Shown here one piece after another: positions 9,549 to 21,301 of a stretch of DNA of 64,000 bases. Below the pieces are notes generated by a model, which was not told the DNA's origin, did no database searches, and saw only the letters and a program-made list of their open reading frames with translations. Position numbers and translations under genes: made by a program. This DNA comes from an uncultured Planctomycetota bacterium (GTDB lineage Bacteria > Planctomycetota > PLA2 > JAEUHO01). How positions within the stretch are numbered: position 1 is the stretch's first letter; each line of letters starts with the position of its first letter. The stretch is taken from assembly GCA_963752285.1 (NCBI GenBank), contig CAVVXN010000005.1:1568001-1632000 (forward strand). The letters run 5' to 3'.

Positions 9549-10801
9549 GCGACGCTCTCCGAGCCTACGGGCCGCGCCGGGTCGCGCGGCGGCGGGCGGC
9601 GCGCGGGCGCCCGGCGTCGCGCGCCGAAGAGGCCCTCGGGGCGCACGATCATCAGGGCCGCCATGACCGCGCCGAAGATCAGCAGCCGGTAGTCCTGGAT
9701 CGCCGGGATCTTGTCCCGCAGCACCTGCGGGAGGATGAAGAGGATCGCCGCGCCCACGATGGAGCCCCGGATCGAGCCGAGGCCGCCGAGGACCACCATC
9801 GCCACGAAGAGCACGCTGGCGTTGAAGTCGAACAGCTGAGGCGTGATCTGCCCGCGGAAGATCGGGTGCACGACGCCGGCGAGGCCGGCCCAGAAGGCGG
9901 ACGCGGTGAAGGCGAGGAGCTTCACGCGCACCGTGTCGATTCCCATGCACCGGGCGGCGGTCTCGTCCTCGCGCAGCGCGAAGAGCGCGCGTCCGAAGCG
10001 CGAGCGCACGTACAGCGTCACGCACACGACGCACAGCACGAGCAGCCCGAGCGCGAAGTAGTAGCAGTCGCGGGTCGTGGTGGGCTGCCAGAGCCAGGTG
10101 CCGAGCCACCCGTGGACGGCGTTCACGTCGCCCGCCACGCGGCTGCCGGGGAGCCCCGTGTCGCCGCCCGTGAGCCACGCCTCGTTCTTCAGCACCCAGC
10201 GCACGGCCTCGCCGAAACCGAGGGTGACGATCGCGAGGTAGTCGCCCCGGAGCCGGAGCGTCGGGAGCCCCACGAGGAGGCCCGCGAGCGCGGCCGCGAC
10301 GCCGGCCGCGGGGAACGCCAGCCAGAAGTTCCACTCGAGCCGTACGACGAGGAGCGTGAACGTGTACGCGCCCACGCCCCAGAAGGCGGCGTGCCCGAGC
10401 ACGAGCAGACCCGCCATGCCCATCGAGACGTTCAGCCCGACCGCGATCGTCGCGAAGACGAGCGTCTCGACGAGGATCGACTCCCACGACCGCGTGGCGA
10501 AGAGGGGCAGGACGACGAGGAAGGCCAGGAGGAGCACGACGTAGCCGCGCTCGACCCTCGGGCGGGCGATCGACCGCGCGAGGTCGGCCCACCCCTCCCG
10601 GGGCACGCGCTCCACCGCCCACCGGACCGCCACGTAGAGCGAGCCGAGCGCGAGCACGACCAGCCCGATCCAGCCGGACGGCGCGAAGGTGACGCGCGCC
10701 CCCTCCTCCGCCGTCGCGCGAAACCCGACGATCGGCCAGCTGACGATCGCGGCGGCGAAGGCCGCCAGCACGACGCGGAGGAGGCCACGCGCGGGGCTCA
10801 C
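9545..10801 (-). CDS. livM: Branched-chain amino acid ABC transporter permease
   Basis: GLN...G.AGLL.LG, PTLRLRGDYLAIVTLGFGE, ALREDE.AA, MVVLGGLGS. Confidence 0.92.
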   Translation of the reverse strand: MSPARGLLRVVLAAFAAAIVSWPIVGFRATAEEGARVTFAPSGWIGLVVLALGSLYVAVRWAVERVPREGWADLARSIARPRVERGYVVLLLAFLVVLPLFATRSWESILVETLVFATIAVGLNVSMGMAGLLVLGHAAFWGVGAYTFTLLVVRLEWNFWLAFPAAGVAAALAGLLVGLPTLRLRGDYLAIVTLGFGEAVRWVLKNEAWLTGGDTGLPGSRVAGDVNAVHGWLGTWLWQPTTTRDCYYFALGLLVLCVVCVTLYVRSRFGRALFALREDETAARCMGIDTVRVKLLAFTASAFWAGLAGVVHPIFRGQITPQLFDFNASVLFVAMVVLGGLGSIRGSIVGAAILFILPQVLRDKIPAIQDYRLLIFGAVMAALMIVRPEGLFGARRRAPARRPPPRDPARPVGSESVA

Positions 10802-11724
10802 ACCTTCTCCGACACGCGCTCGCCGAGGAGACCCCGGGGCCGGAGCACGAGGACGGCCAGGAGCACCACGAACGCGTACACCTCCTTGTAGTCCGCGCCG
10901 AGGAGCTGGATCCCCAGGCTCTCGGCCACCCCGAGGATCACCCCCCCGAGCATCGCGCCGCGCACGTTGCCGATCCCGCCGAGCACCGCGGCGGTGAACG
11001 CCTTCATGCCCGCCATGAAGCCCATGTCGAACTTGGCCTGCGTCGTGTACAGCGTGAGCAGCAGCCCGGCCACCGCGGCCAGTGCGCTGCCGATCACGAA
11101 CGTGATCGAGATCACGCGGTCGATCGAGATGCCGACCAGGCTCGACATGACCTTGTCCTGCGAGGTGGCGCGCATCGCGCAGCCGGTCCGGGTCTTCGTC
11201 ACGAAGAGCCAGAGTCCGGCCATGAGGAGCAGGCAGACGACGACGATGAAGAGGTCGAGCGGGGTGACGATGACCGACCCGAGCTCCAGGTTCTGGCCCT
11301 CGCCGAACACCGCCTGGTACTCCGGCGTCCAGACCGGGAAGTAGCGCGGCGCGGAGCCCTGCGCGATCCGCACGAAGTTCTGGAGGAAGATCGACATGCC
11401 GATCGCGCTGATCAGCGGAGAGAGCGGCGGCGCGTGGCGCAGCGGCCGGTACGCGACCCGCTCGAGCGTGAAGCCGTAGACGGCGCTCACCAAGACCGCG
11501 GCGACGAGGGCGACGGCGAGGCAGGGGATCACGCCGAGGGCCGCGGTCGTTCCCGCCGCGGTGAGGGCCGCGTACGCGAGGACGCTCAGGTACGCGCCCA
11601 CCATCAGGATCTCGCCGTGCGCGAAGTTGATCAGCAGCAGGATCCCGTACACCATCGTGTAGCCGAGGGCCACGATGGCGTAGATGCTCCCCTGGACGAG
11701 GCCGGTGACCAGGGCCTGGAGCAT
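10798..11724 (-). CDS. livH: Branched-chain amino acid ABC transporter permease
   Basis: GSIYAIVALGYTMVYGI..LINFAHGE, LERVAYRPLR, KAFTAAVLGGIG. Confidence 0.93.
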   Translation of the reverse strand: MLQALVTGLVQGSIYAIVALGYTMVYGILLLINFAHGEILMVGAYLSVLAYAALTAAGTTAALGVIPCLAVALVAAVLVSAVYGFTLERVAYRPLRHAPPLSPLISAIGMSIFLQNFVRIAQGSAPRYFPVWTPEYQAVFGEGQNLELGSVIVTPLDLFIVVVCLLLMAGLWLFVTKTRTGCAMRATSQDKVMSSLVGISIDRVISITFVIGSALAAVAGLLLTLYTTQAKFDMGFMAGMKAFTAAVLGGIGNVRGAMLGGVILGVAESLGIQLLGADYKEVYAFVVLLAVLVLRPRGLLGERVSEKV

Positions 11725-11754
11725 CGGGACCGCCCTCCCCGCGCCGCCTCCCGC

Positions 11755-12888
11755 TCAGTCGGCGCCGTAGAGGACCTCGTGTCCGTCCTTCACGACCCAG
11801 ACCTTGTAGTAGTCGGACACCCTCACGTCGCCCTTCTCGTCGAAGGACATGCGTCCGACGGGCGTGTCGAACGTGCCCGCGTGGATCGCGGCCGCCACCT
11901 GCTTGCCGTCCGTCGAGCCGGCCTTCTCGATGCCGTCGAGGAGGATCTGCGTCGCGGCGTACGCGTAGATCGCGTAGGGCCCCGGGTCGCCGTGGAAGCG
12001 GGCCTGGTACTTCGTCACGAACCCGGCGTACCCGGCGGCCTGCGTGGTGTCCGGGAAGGTGGTCAGCGTCCCGTCGCCGCCGGGCCCGACCTTGTCGATG
12101 AAGTCCTTCTGGTAGCCGTGGACGCCGTCGCCGCTCATGAGCGGAGCCTCGATGCCGAGCTGGCGCGCCTGGATCAGCATGGGCGCGGCCTGCTCGTAGA
12201 TGCCGCCGAAGTACCAGACGTCCACGTTCGCGTCCCGGAGCTTCGTGAGGTACGGGCGGAAGTTTCGCTCCGTGACGTCGAAGCCCTCGCGGATGACGAC
12301 GTCCGCGCGGCCGTTCAGGGCCGAAGCGCAGCCGTCGGCCAGGCCGGCGCCGTACGCGGTCTTGTCGTCGTAGATCGCCACCCGCTTGGCGTGGAGCGTG
12401 TCGGCGATGAAGTCGGCCGCGGTCTTCGCCTGCTGGTCGTCGCGTCCGCAGACGCGGAAGACGTCGTCGTAGCCGCGCTCCGTGATCGTCTCGTTGGTGG
12501 ACGCCGGTGTGATCGTGACGATGCCGGCCTGGTGGTACGTGCGGGAGGCGGGGATCGTGCAGCCGGAGTTGAAGTGGCCCACGACGCCGACCACCCCCTC
12601 GTCCACCAGGCCCGACGCGACGGCCGTGGCGTTCTTGTCCTGGGCCTCGTCGTCGCGGAACACCATCGCCACGGACCGCCCGAGCACGCCCCCGGCCGCG
12701 TTCCGGTCCTCCACGGCGAGCCGGGCACCGTCCTCGAGGTCCTTGCCGTTGCGGGCCTGGCCGCCCGACATGGGGCCCGCGACGCCGATCTTGATCGCGC
12801 CCGTGCCGGAGTCGCCCTCTCTCCCGCCGCAGCCGGGGAACCCGAGCAGCGCGACGGAGAGGAAGGCGAGCGGGAGGAGGTGCTTCAA
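11755..12888 (-). CDS. livK: Branched-chain amino acid ABC transporter substrate-binding lipoprotein
   Basis: TTG start inferred; lipobox-like LLGFPGC, IKIGVAGPMSG, VVGHFNSGCTIPAS, RDDQQA, DKTAYG.GLA. Confidence 0.88.
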   Translation of the reverse strand: MKHLLPLAFLSVALLGFPGCGGREGDSGTGAIKIGVAGPMSGGQARNGKDLEDGARLAVEDRNAAGGVLGRSVAMVFRDDEAQDKNATAVASGLVDEGVVGVVGHFNSGCTIPASRTYHQAGIVTITPASTNETITERGYDDVFRVCGRDDQQAKTAADFIADTLHAKRVAIYDDKTAYGAGLADGCASALNGRADVVIREGFDVTERNFRPYLTKLRDANVDVWYFGGIYEQAAPMLIQARQLGIEAPLMSGDGVHGYQKDFIDKVGPGGDGTLTTFPDTTQAAGYAGFVTKYQARFHGDPGPYAIYAYAATQILLDGIEKAGSTDGKQVAAAIHAGTFDTPVGRMSFDEKGDVRVSDYYKVWVVKDGHEVLYGAD

Positions 12889-13199
12889 CGGTCGGCTCCG
12901 GTCTCGGGGATGGGGCGGGACGATTCTACTGAGGTGACCGGACCGACGGGACCGCCCGTTTCTCGGGCGCACGTCGGGCCCGGCGGCGCGGTCCGCGGGT
13001 CGGTGGAACGAGGTCCGCCGGACGCGCGAGCGAGACCCGCGGGACGTTTTGCGCGCCCGCGGCCGGCGGCGAGGGGCGCGGCGAGCCGGGCGCCTGCGCG
13101 ATCGAGGACCGATCCCTCCTCGGGCCCGGCGGGGTGGCGACGGGGCGGGCGCCCCCTTTCGATCACGGCCCGCGCGCGCCCAACCGGCCCCGGGACCGG

Positions 13200-13796
13200 T
13201 CAGCGTCTCCGGAGCCCCTCGACGCGGCGCAGGGCGTCGAGCGCGCGCGCGCCCGCGAGGTCCATCGTCGGGCCGACCGCGACGAACCCGTGGCCCCGGA
13301 GCAGGAACACGTCCGCCCCGCGCGCCACCTCGACGGCGAGGGCCGCGATCTCGGGGGTGCCGTACGGCGCCTCGCGCGGCGTCGAGGGGAGCCCCGCCTC
13401 GCGCCCCTGGGCGAGGACCCGCTCGTGGTGGCCGTGGAACACGGCCCGCACCTCGGGCCGCGCGGCGTAGAGCGCCGCGTGGAGCAGGCTCTCGGAGGAG
13501 GGCTCGCGCGACCCCGCCGCGCGGACGCGGTTTCGGGTCTCGTCCGCCTCGAGGACGTGCACGAGGTCGTCCTCGCCGATCTGGTCCATCGGCACGTGCG
13601 TCGGCGTGACGAGGAAGCCCCGCTCGAGTCGAACGCTCAGGTTCCCGGACGCGTCCGCTCCGGCGGAGGCGAGACCCGTCTCGACGAAGCGAAGGCACCA
13701 CGAGACGAGGCCCGCCGCCTCGGGGACCCGGGGGGGTCGGGGCAGGACCCGCTCGGTCTCGAACCGGACGCCGTCGTAGATCTCCATGGGGCCCAT
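13200..13796 (-). CDS. Class II aldolase/adducin family protein
   Basis: GNLSVR, FLVTPT, PSSE..LH..LY, AVFHGH, LLRGHG. Confidence 0.88.
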   Translation of the reverse strand: MGPMEIYDGVRFETERVLPRPPRVPEAAGLVSWCLRFVETGLASAGADASGNLSVRLERGFLVTPTHVPMDQIGEDDLVHVLEADETRNRVRAAGSREPSSESLLHAALYAARPEVRAVFHGHHERVLAQGREAGLPSTPREAPYGTPEIAALAVEVARGADVFLLRGHGFVAVGPTMDLAGARALDALRRVEGLRRR

Positions 13797-13867
13797 TCTG
13801 ACCCGGCGGGACCGGGACGCGACCCGGGGGCCCGCGGCGTCCTCCGAGCCGGATACGGTGTCGCCCG

Positions 13868-14488
13868 ATGCGGATCGTCTGCCTGTCGGACACGCACGGA
13901 CGCCATGGGGACCTGGTCGTGCCCGAGGGCGACCTCCTCGTCCACGCCGGGGACCTCACGGCGCACGGCGACCTCCAGGAGCTCCACGAGTCCGCGCGCT
14001 TCCTGGCGGCCCTGCCCCACCGCCACAAAGTCGTCGTGGCCGGGAACCACGACTTCGCGCTCCAGGACCGGCCCGAGGCCGCCCGCGCGCTCCTCGACGG
14101 GCTCGTCTACCTCCAGGACCGGGAGACCACCGTCGAGGGGCTCCGGATCTGGGGGTCGCCGTGGCAGCCCTGGTTCTTCGACTGGGCGTTCAACCTGAGG
14201 CGCGGCCCGGAGATCCGGGCCCGCTGGGACCTGATCCCCGAGGGCATCTCGGTGCTCGTCACGCACGGCCCCCCCTTCGGCCACGGCGACCTGACGCGCT
14301 ACGGCGAGCACGTGGGGTGCGCCGACCTCCTCGACGCCGTGCGCCGGGTCCGGCCGAGGCTTCACGTCTTCGGTCACATCCACGAGGGGTACGGCCGGAC
14401 CGAGGACGGCGGGACCCTCTTCGTGAACGCGAGCACGTGCACGCACGCGTACGAGCCCATCCAGCCGCCGATCGTCGTGGACCTCTGA
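13868..14488 (+). CDS. Metallophosphoesterase (MPPED/239FB-like)
   Basis: SDTH, HAGD, AGNHD, THGPP, HVFGHIHE, VNAS. Confidence 0.92.
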   Translation: MRIVCLSDTHGRHGDLVVPEGDLLVHAGDLTAHGDLQELHESARFLAALPHRHKVVVAGNHDFALQDRPEAARALLDGLVYLQDRETTVEGLRIWGSPWQPWFFDWAFNLRRGPEIRARWDLIPEGISVLVTHGPPFGHGDLTRYGEHVGCADLLDAVRRVRPRLHVFGHIHEGYGRTEDGGTLFVNASTCTHAYEPIQPPIVVDL

Positions 14489-14561
14489 GGAGGGCCTTCG
14501 GGGGCTGGTGCCGGGAGGGTTTCGGGTAGGCTGTCCCGCCCCTACCTTCGGGATACCGAGC

Positions 14562-14897
14562 ATGGACTACGACGTCGACGACCATCCCGCCGTCCGGGTG
14601 ATTCGCTTCGCGGGCGATCTCGGGAGCCACGACGACCCCGAGCTGAAGCGGATGTTCGTGGGCCTCGCGAACGAGAAGCGCGTGCGCGTCGCGGCCGACA
14701 TGTCGAAGGTCACCTTCCTCGACAGCACCGCGCTCGGGACGCTCGTGTGGGGCATGAAGAACCTGCGCGAGGCCGACGGCGACTTCCGCATGTTCGCGCT
14801 CCAGGGATTCGTCGAGCGGCTCTTCCACCTGACGTCGCTCGACCAGGCGTTCCGGATTTTCGAGACCGAGGAACAGTGCGTGCGCTCCTACGGATGA
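14562..14897 (+). CDS. STAS domain anti-sigma factor antagonist
   Basis: DMSKVTFLDSTALGTLV; VERLFHLTSLD. Confidence 0.9.
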   Translation: MDYDVDDHPAVRVIRFAGDLGSHDDPELKRMFVGLANEKRVRVAADMSKVTFLDSTALGTLVWGMKNLREADGDFRMFALQGFVERLFHLTSLDQAFRIFETEEQCVRSYG

Positions 14898-16165
14898 GCG
14901 GACCCGCGCCCGCGGCCGCCCGCGGGTGCCGCCGAAGGGCCCCGGGGACGCGGCGCCTGGTCGGCGCGCGCCGGGCCCGGCGCCTGGCGCCCGTCGTCCC
15001 GCTGCTCCTGCTCGTCGCCGTCGCGCGCGCGGGCGACGCCACTCCGTCCCCCTCGCAGCGCTTCGAGCGGGCGGTCGCGGCCCTTCCGGCGCCGGACGCG
15101 AACCTCGCCTTCGCGTTCCACGGCGACGTCCGCGTTCCCGGCGGCGAGAAGCCGATCGGGACGCTCGACCTCGACGTCCGCCCCGCGCCGGGCGCCGCGT
15201 GGAGGGTCGAGGAACGCCTCCACCTCGAGGGAAGGGACCGGCCCGCGAAGATCGAGACCACCGCGCTCCTCGACCGGACGCTCGCGCCGCGCGAGGGACG
15301 CCTCTCGATCGACGACCCACTCGGTCCGCGCGCATACGTGTGGCGCCTCGACGGGACGGTCCTCCGCGTCACGACGGAGGGTGAGGGCCTCGTCGCGATG
15401 GAGAAACGGGCGGACCTGGAGGCGCCCGCCACGACGACGCTCGCCGCGTTCCTGCTCTTCGCGCGCCTCGCGAAGGACCCCGGCGGCGAGGTCGAGACCC
15501 GCGTGTTCGACCCCTCCTGGGAGTACCTGGAAGCGGGGCGGCCGTTCTCCGCGGCGCGCCTGGCGCCCGGGACGCCCCCCTCGACCTCGACTGCCCCCGA
15601 AGAGACGACGCGCACCTGGACGGGCGCGTTCGGGGGGGGCGACCTCGCGATCACGCTCGGCGCGGGGGGCGCGGTGCGCGAGGTCCGCTGGCGCACGGAG
15701 CACCCCGGACCCTTCGTGGACCTCGTCGCGCGCGCCTCGGCCGCGCATCCCGAGGACGAGCCGCCCGCCGACGTGTTCGACGCGCCGGCCGGCTCGCCCC
15801 GCGCGGCCGCGCTCCGCGTGGCCCTCGCGTTCGCGATGGGCGATGCGGAACGCTTCGACCCGCTCGTCGACTGGCCGGCGCTGCGGAAGCACATGTCGGC
15901 CCAGGTCCACGGAAACGTCACGGACGAGGCGTTTCGCGAGCGGATCCTCGCCCAGTTCCGCCGCCAGGCCGCCGCGCACGCGGACGGGACGCCGGACGTC
16001 GGGGCCGAGGAGGCGCGGCTCCGCGGCATCTGGGGCGACCTCGAGGTCGCGTCGGAGGGCGCCGATGCGGCGGTCGTCACGATGCCCGCGTCGTACGGAG
16101 GGATGCGTCTCACGCTGGGCCGGGCCGACGGCGTCTGGCGGCTCGTGCGCCTGCCGGGCTCTTGA
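14894..16165 (+). CDS. Hypothetical exported protein, possible C-terminal NTF2-like domain
   Basis: ATGA overlap with the STAS gene; signal-like PLLLLVAVARA; ends DGVWRLVRLP. Confidence 0.65.
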   Translation: MSGPAPAAARGCRRRAPGTRRLVGARRARRLAPVVPLLLLVAVARAGDATPSPSQRFERAVAALPAPDANLAFAFHGDVRVPGGEKPIGTLDLDVRPAPGAAWRVEERLHLEGRDRPAKIETTALLDRTLAPREGRLSIDDPLGPRAYVWRLDGTVLRVTTEGEGLVAMEKRADLEAPATTTLAAFLLFARLAKDPGGEVETRVFDPSWEYLEAGRPFSAARLAPGTPPSTSTAPEETTRTWTGAFGGGDLAITLGAGGAVREVRWRTEHPGPFVDLVARASAAHPEDEPPADVFDAPAGSPRAAALRVALAFAMGDAERFDPLVDWPALRKHMSAQVHGNVTDEAFRERILAQFRRQAAAHADGTPDVGAEEARLRGIWGDLEVASEGADAAVVTMPASYGGMRLTLGRADGVWRLVRLPGS

Positions 16166-16194
16166 CCGGGCCGGCGCGAGGACGCGTTCGGCCG

Positions 16195-16964
<770 letters not shown>

Positions 16965-16968
<4 letters not shown>

Positions 16969-17723
16969 ACGGGCCCCCGACGCGGCGTCGCGCGCCCGAG
17001 GCGGCGCTCGAGGCGCCGCGCGACGAGCGAGAGCGGCACGGTGACCAGGAGGTAGAACGCCGCGACGACGAGGAACGCCTCGAACGTGCGGTACGTCTCC
17101 GCGCCCACCTGGCGCGCGGTGGCCATCAGCTCGGCGTATCCGATGAAGAAGAGGAGAGAGGAGTCCTTCGTCAGGGCGATCAGCTCGCCGGTGAGCGGCG
17201 GGAGCATCCGCCGGTAGGCCTGCGGCAGGACGACGTGCCGGAGCGTCTGCCCGCGCGACAGCCCGAGAGAGCGCGCGGCCTCGACCTGGCCCCGGTCGAT
17301 CGACTCGATGCCCGCGCGGACGATCTCGCCGACGTACGCCGCCGCGACGAGCCCCAGGGCGACCGTGCCGACGAGGAACCGGTCGTCCACGCCGAGGATC
17401 GGGGCGAGCCCAAAGTAGGCCAGCGTCAGCGTGACGAGGATCGGCGTCCCGCGCGCGACCTCCACGTAGAGGTCGCCGAGGTGCCGCACCACGAGGCGGC
17501 GGTCGAGGCGCGCGAGGGCCACGAAGAGCCCCCCCACGAGGCCCACGGCGAACGCGGCCGCCGTCGCGACGACGGTGCGTCCGAGCCCCTCGGCGAACAG
17601 GCGCCGCGCGGCGAACGCGCGCGAGAAGTCGAAGTCGTACCGGGAGGCGGAGAGCGCCCCGGCGAGGAGCGCCCCCACGCCGGCCGTCAGGCCGACCCGG
17701 ACGAGGAGCTCCTTCCCGCGCAC
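16965..17723 (-). CDS. Polar amino acid ABC transporter permease
   Basis: [35 protein letters not shown]. Confidence 0.92.
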
Positions 17724-18509
17724 CTACCAGGATTCCGGCGGGTCGGTCCCGAACCACCTGCGGAAGATCGTCTGGTAGCGACCGTCCGCGCGCACGTCGT
17801 CGAGGAACCGGTCGAGGCGGTCCCGGAACGCGTCGTCGCCCCGCCGGCAGGCGATCGCGTACGGCTCGTCGCTCAACGGTTCGAGGAGCGCGCGCGTCGT
17901 GTCGGGGTTCTCGCGGTGGTGGCGCTCGATCGAGTGCTGGTCGTACAGGAAGGCGTCCGCGCGCCCGTTCACGACCTCGAGCGCGCACGCGCCCTCCGTG
18001 TCGAGCCGGACGATCGACGCGTGGGGGAACAGGCGCTGGGCCGCGAGGTCGCCGGTCGTGCCGAGCTTCACCACCACGCGCTTTCCGTCCACGTCGGAGG
18101 CCTTCTCGATGGGCGTCGAGGTCCCCACGAGCAGGCAGAGGCGTGTGCGGTAGTACGGCTTGGAGAACGCGCGGCTCTTCGCGCGCTCCGGCGTCGCCGT
18201 CATGCCGGAGAGGATCACATCGATCTTCCCGGTCGCGAGCGCGGTGGGCAGGGAGTCGAACGCCATCTCCTCGAACCGGGCCCGGACGCCGAGGTCCCGG
18301 GCCAGGGCCCGGCCCAGGTCCACGTCCAGGCCGACCAGGCGTCCCTCGGCGTCCTTCGACTCGAACGGGGGGAACTCGGGCTCCGTGCCGATCCGGATCT
18401 CGCCGCGCGCCTTCAAGCGCTCGAGCGTCGAGCCTTCCGGGCCGCCCCCGCAGCCGAGGAGGAGACACGCGAGGGCGAGCACGGAAGGAATCGCGGCGGG
18501 CCGGACCAT
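17724..18509 (-). CDS. Polar amino acid ABC transporter substrate-binding lipoprotein
   Basis: Lipobox [29 protein letters not shown]. Confidence 0.92.
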   Translation of the reverse strand: MVRPAAIPSVLALACLLLGCGGGPEGSTLERLKARGEIRIGTEPEFPPFESKDAEGRLVGLDVDLGRALARDLGVRARFEEMAFDSLPTALATGKIDVILSGMTATPERAKSRAFSKPYYRTRLCLLVGTSTPIEKASDVDGKRVVVKLGTTGDLAAQRLFPHASIVRLDTEGACALEVVNGRADAFLYDQHSIERHHRENPDTTRALLEPLSDEPYAIACRRGDDAFRDRLDRFLDDVRADGRYQTIFRRWFGTDPPESW

Positions 18510-18583
18510 CGGCGAGGATCCTACCGCGTCGCCGCCTCGGGGAGGACACCCCGACGCCGGCGCGGCCGGGAGGCGAGACGAGC

Positions 18584-19942
18584 ATGCCGATCGACGCGTT
18601 GGACCTGCCCCTGCTCGAGCGGGCGCTCTCCGAGCTGGCCCGGGGGTTCTCGGACCTCCCTCCCGACCCCTCGCCGGCCGGGGACGAGCGCGCGGCGATC
18701 CAGGAGGTGCTCCTCGAGACCGCGCGAAGGATGCGCGACAACTACCCCTACCACCACCCGCTCTACGTGGGTCAGATGCTGAAGCCGCCCCATCCGGTCG
18801 CCCGTCTCGCGTACGCGCTCGCGACGTGGCTCAACCCCAACAACCACGCGCTCGACGGCGGGCGCGCGTCTTCGGCGATGGAGAAGGAAGCCGTCGCCCG
18901 CCTCGGTGCGCTCTTCGGGTGGGACCACCCGCTCGGCCACCTGACCGGCGGAGGGACCCTCGCGAACCTCGAGGCGCTCTGGGTCGCCCGAGAGGTGGCG
19001 GGGGCGGGCGTCGTGCTCGCCTCGTCGGAGGCGCACTACACGCACGAGCGCCTCGCCGGCGTGCTCGGCGTGCCGTTCGGGCGCGTGGCGGTGGACGCGT
19101 CGGGCCGCATGGACGTCGCCGACCTCGAGCGAAGGCTCGCCGTGGGGGACGCGTGCGTGGTCGTCGCGACGCTCGGCACGACGGCGCTCGGCGCGGTGGA
19201 CCCGCTGCCGGCCATCCTCGACGTCGCGCGCGCGCGGGGCGTTCGCGTCCACGTAGACGCCGCGTACGGCGGCTTCTTCACGCTCGCCGGCTCCCTCGCC
19301 GCGCCGGCGAGGGCGGCGTTCGACGCGGCCGGCCGGGCCGACTCGGTCGTCGTGGACCCGCACAAGCACGGGCTCCAGCCCTACGGCTGCGGGTGCGTGC
19401 TGTTCCGGGACCCCGCGGTGGGCGCCGTGTACCGGCACGACTCGCCCTACACGTACTTCTCGTCGGACGAGCTGCACCTCGGCGAGATCTCGCTCGAGTG
19501 CTCGCGGCCCGGCGCCGCGGCGGTGGGGCTCTGGGCGACCCAGCGGCTCCTCCCCTACGAGCCGGGCGGTCGTTTCGCCGCGGACCTGGACCGCTCGCTC
19601 TCGGCGGCGCGCGAGCTCGCCCGCCGCCTCGGCGCGGACCCGCGCCTCGCGCTCGTCGTCCCGCCCGAGCTCGACATCGTCGTGCTCGCGGTGCGCGCAC
19701 TGAGCGCTGGCGAGGCCTCGCGCCGCGCACGGCGGGTCTTCGACGAGGCCGCGCGGATCGGCCTCCACCTCGCGCTCGCCGCCGTGCCCCGCGCGCTCGT
19801 CGAACGCGCGACCGGACGCCTCGAGGGCAACGAGCCCACGGTCACGTGCCTCCGCATGACCACGATGAAGCCCGAGCACGCCGCGTGGACGGACGCGATC
19901 GTCCAACGCCTGGGCCGATCGCTCGACGCCGCGAGGTCGTGA
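18584..19942 (+). CDS. Group II PLP-dependent decarboxylase
   Basis: [42 protein letters not shown] (PLP lysine). Confidence 0.9.
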   Translation: MPIDALDLPLLERALSELARGFSDLPPDPSPAGDERAAIQEVLLETARRMRDNYPYHHPLYVGQMLKPPHPVARLAYALATWLNPNNHALDGGRASSAMEKEAVARLGALFGWDHPLGHLTGGGTLANLEALWVAREVAGAGVVLASSEAHYTHERLAGVLGVPFGRVAVDASGRMDVADLERRLAVGDACVVVATLGTTALGAVDPLPAILDVARARGVRVHVDAAYGGFFTLAGSLAAPARAAFDAAGRADSVVVDPHKHGLQPYGCGCVLFRDPAVGAVYRHDSPYTYFSSDELHLGEISLECSRPGAAAVGLWATQRLLPYEPGGRFAADLDRSLSAARELARRLGADPRLALVVPPELDIVVLAVRALSAGEASRRARRVFDEAARIGLHLALAAVPRALVERATGRLEGNEPTVTCLRMTTMKPEHAAWTDAIVQRLGRSLDAARS

Positions 19943-19966
19943 GCACGGCGCCCCGCGGGGGCCCGT

Positions 19967-21124
19967 TCAGCGGTCCGAGAGCTCCGGCGCCGCGGCCGCG
20001 GCCGCCTCCTCGCGCTCGGCGCGCGCGACCGCGACGGCGAGTCGTGTTCGCTGGGGGTCCACGAAGCCCCGGCCCTGCTCGACCTGCCGCCGCAGCGTGT
20101 CGAGGAAGAATGGCACGTGGAACGGGGCCTCGCGCCACGCCCCCACCGGGGGCGGGCGCGGGGTCTCGTGCGCGAGGGCCGCGAGCACGCTCTCGACGAC
20201 CGCGACCTGCTCCGGGTGCGGCGCGATCTGGCCGGCGAACGTCTCGTCGAACGCGCGGGCCGACGCCGGGTCGAGGCCCTGCAGTCGGAGTCGGTCCACG
20301 CCCTTCGCGAGCTCGGCGAGAAGGGCCTCCCGCGCCGTCTGACGTGCCCGCTCGGCTTCCGCGTCGGGATGGGCGGCGTCCCACCGCGCGAGCGCGGCCT
20401 TCGCCTCCTCGAGCGCGCGTCGGGCCTGGTCGAGCCGGGCGCGCGCCGCGACCACCTTCGGGTCCACCGCGGGCGGGATCGCCTCGCCGTCCGGACCGGG
20501 GAGCGGCGTCGGCCCCGTCTCGGGCGCCGGCACGAGAGGCGTCGGTCCGGAGGCGTCCGACGACGAACGACTCGGAACGCTCCGCGGCGTCTCGTCCGTC
20601 CCGGTCGGCGTACCGACCCCGGCCGGCGTCTTCGCGCGTGCGTCGTCGGCACTCCCGCCCTCGCCGCCCCCTTGCGTGGCGAACACCACGCCCACGACCG
20701 CGGCCGCGACCACCGCGACCGCGAGCAGCGGCCAGCGACGCGCGGGGGCCGCCACCGCCGGGGCCCCGGGCTCGGCCGCCCCCGGCCGTCGCGTCGTCTT
20801 GGTGGTGAGACGGGTGCTCTGGTGGCACCGGGGACAGTTGTACGACGTGCCGAACAGGTCGGCCGACACCGGGGCCGTGTTGCCGCACCACGGGCAGTCG
20901 AACGCCACCCTTTGCTCTTCGTGGTGCGGCGCGTCGGGCGGCGCGTCGAGGAGACCGGCCCGGCGCACGGTGTGTTCGGTGAGCTTGGTCTTCTGGCCGC
21001 ACTCCGGGCACTCGAAGCTCTCGCCCACGTGGTCCGGGGCGACACCGCAGATGGCGCCGCACCAGGGGCAGTCGAAGGTGAGGTGCCCCGGGCCGTAGGC
21101 TTCCTGGTCGCTCGATCGATGCAC
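19967..21124 (-). CDS. Membrane-anchored protein with two N-terminal Zn-ribbons
   Basis: FDCPWCG...CPECG and FDCPWCG...CPRCH, single TM, Pro-rich linker, helical C-terminus; GGAGG before GTG at 21124. Confidence 0.8.
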   Translation of the reverse strand: MHRSSDQEAYGPGHLTFDCPWCGAICGVAPDHVGESFECPECGQKTKLTEHTVRRAGLLDAPPDAPHHEEQRVAFDCPWCGNTAPVSADLFGTSYNCPRCHQSTRLTTKTTRRPGAAEPGAPAVAAPARRWPLLAVAVVAAAVVGVVFATQGGGEGGSADDARAKTPAGVGTPTGTDETPRSVPSRSSSDASGPTPLVPAPETGPTPLPGPDGEAIPPAVDPKVVAARARLDQARRALEEAKAALARWDAAHPDAEAERARQTAREALLAELAKGVDRLRLQGLDPASARAFDETFAGQIAPHPEQVAVVESVLAALAHETPRPPPVGAWREAPFHVPFFLDTLRRQVEQGRGFVDPQRTRLAVAVARAEREEAAAAAAPELSDR

Positions 21125-21301
21125 ACGGACCTCCAGCGGAGGCCGGCCCCGTCCCTTCGCCGAGCGGGCACGTGGGCGGGCCGCCCCCGCCACTCCGTCC
21201 CATTCTACAGAGACGGCACCGCCGGAGGCGAGCCCTCCCTCGCGACCCGCGGGCCCGGGGCGGTGCGCCGTCCCCCGGCGGGTCGGTCGTCCCGGGGCCC
21301 C

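Noticed and set aside
12889..13199. Riboswitch or ncRNA upstream of the liv operon
   Set aside because: Only generic GC-rich hairpins; a TAGAAT -10 box lies about 35 nt from the livK start, leaving no room for a long leader
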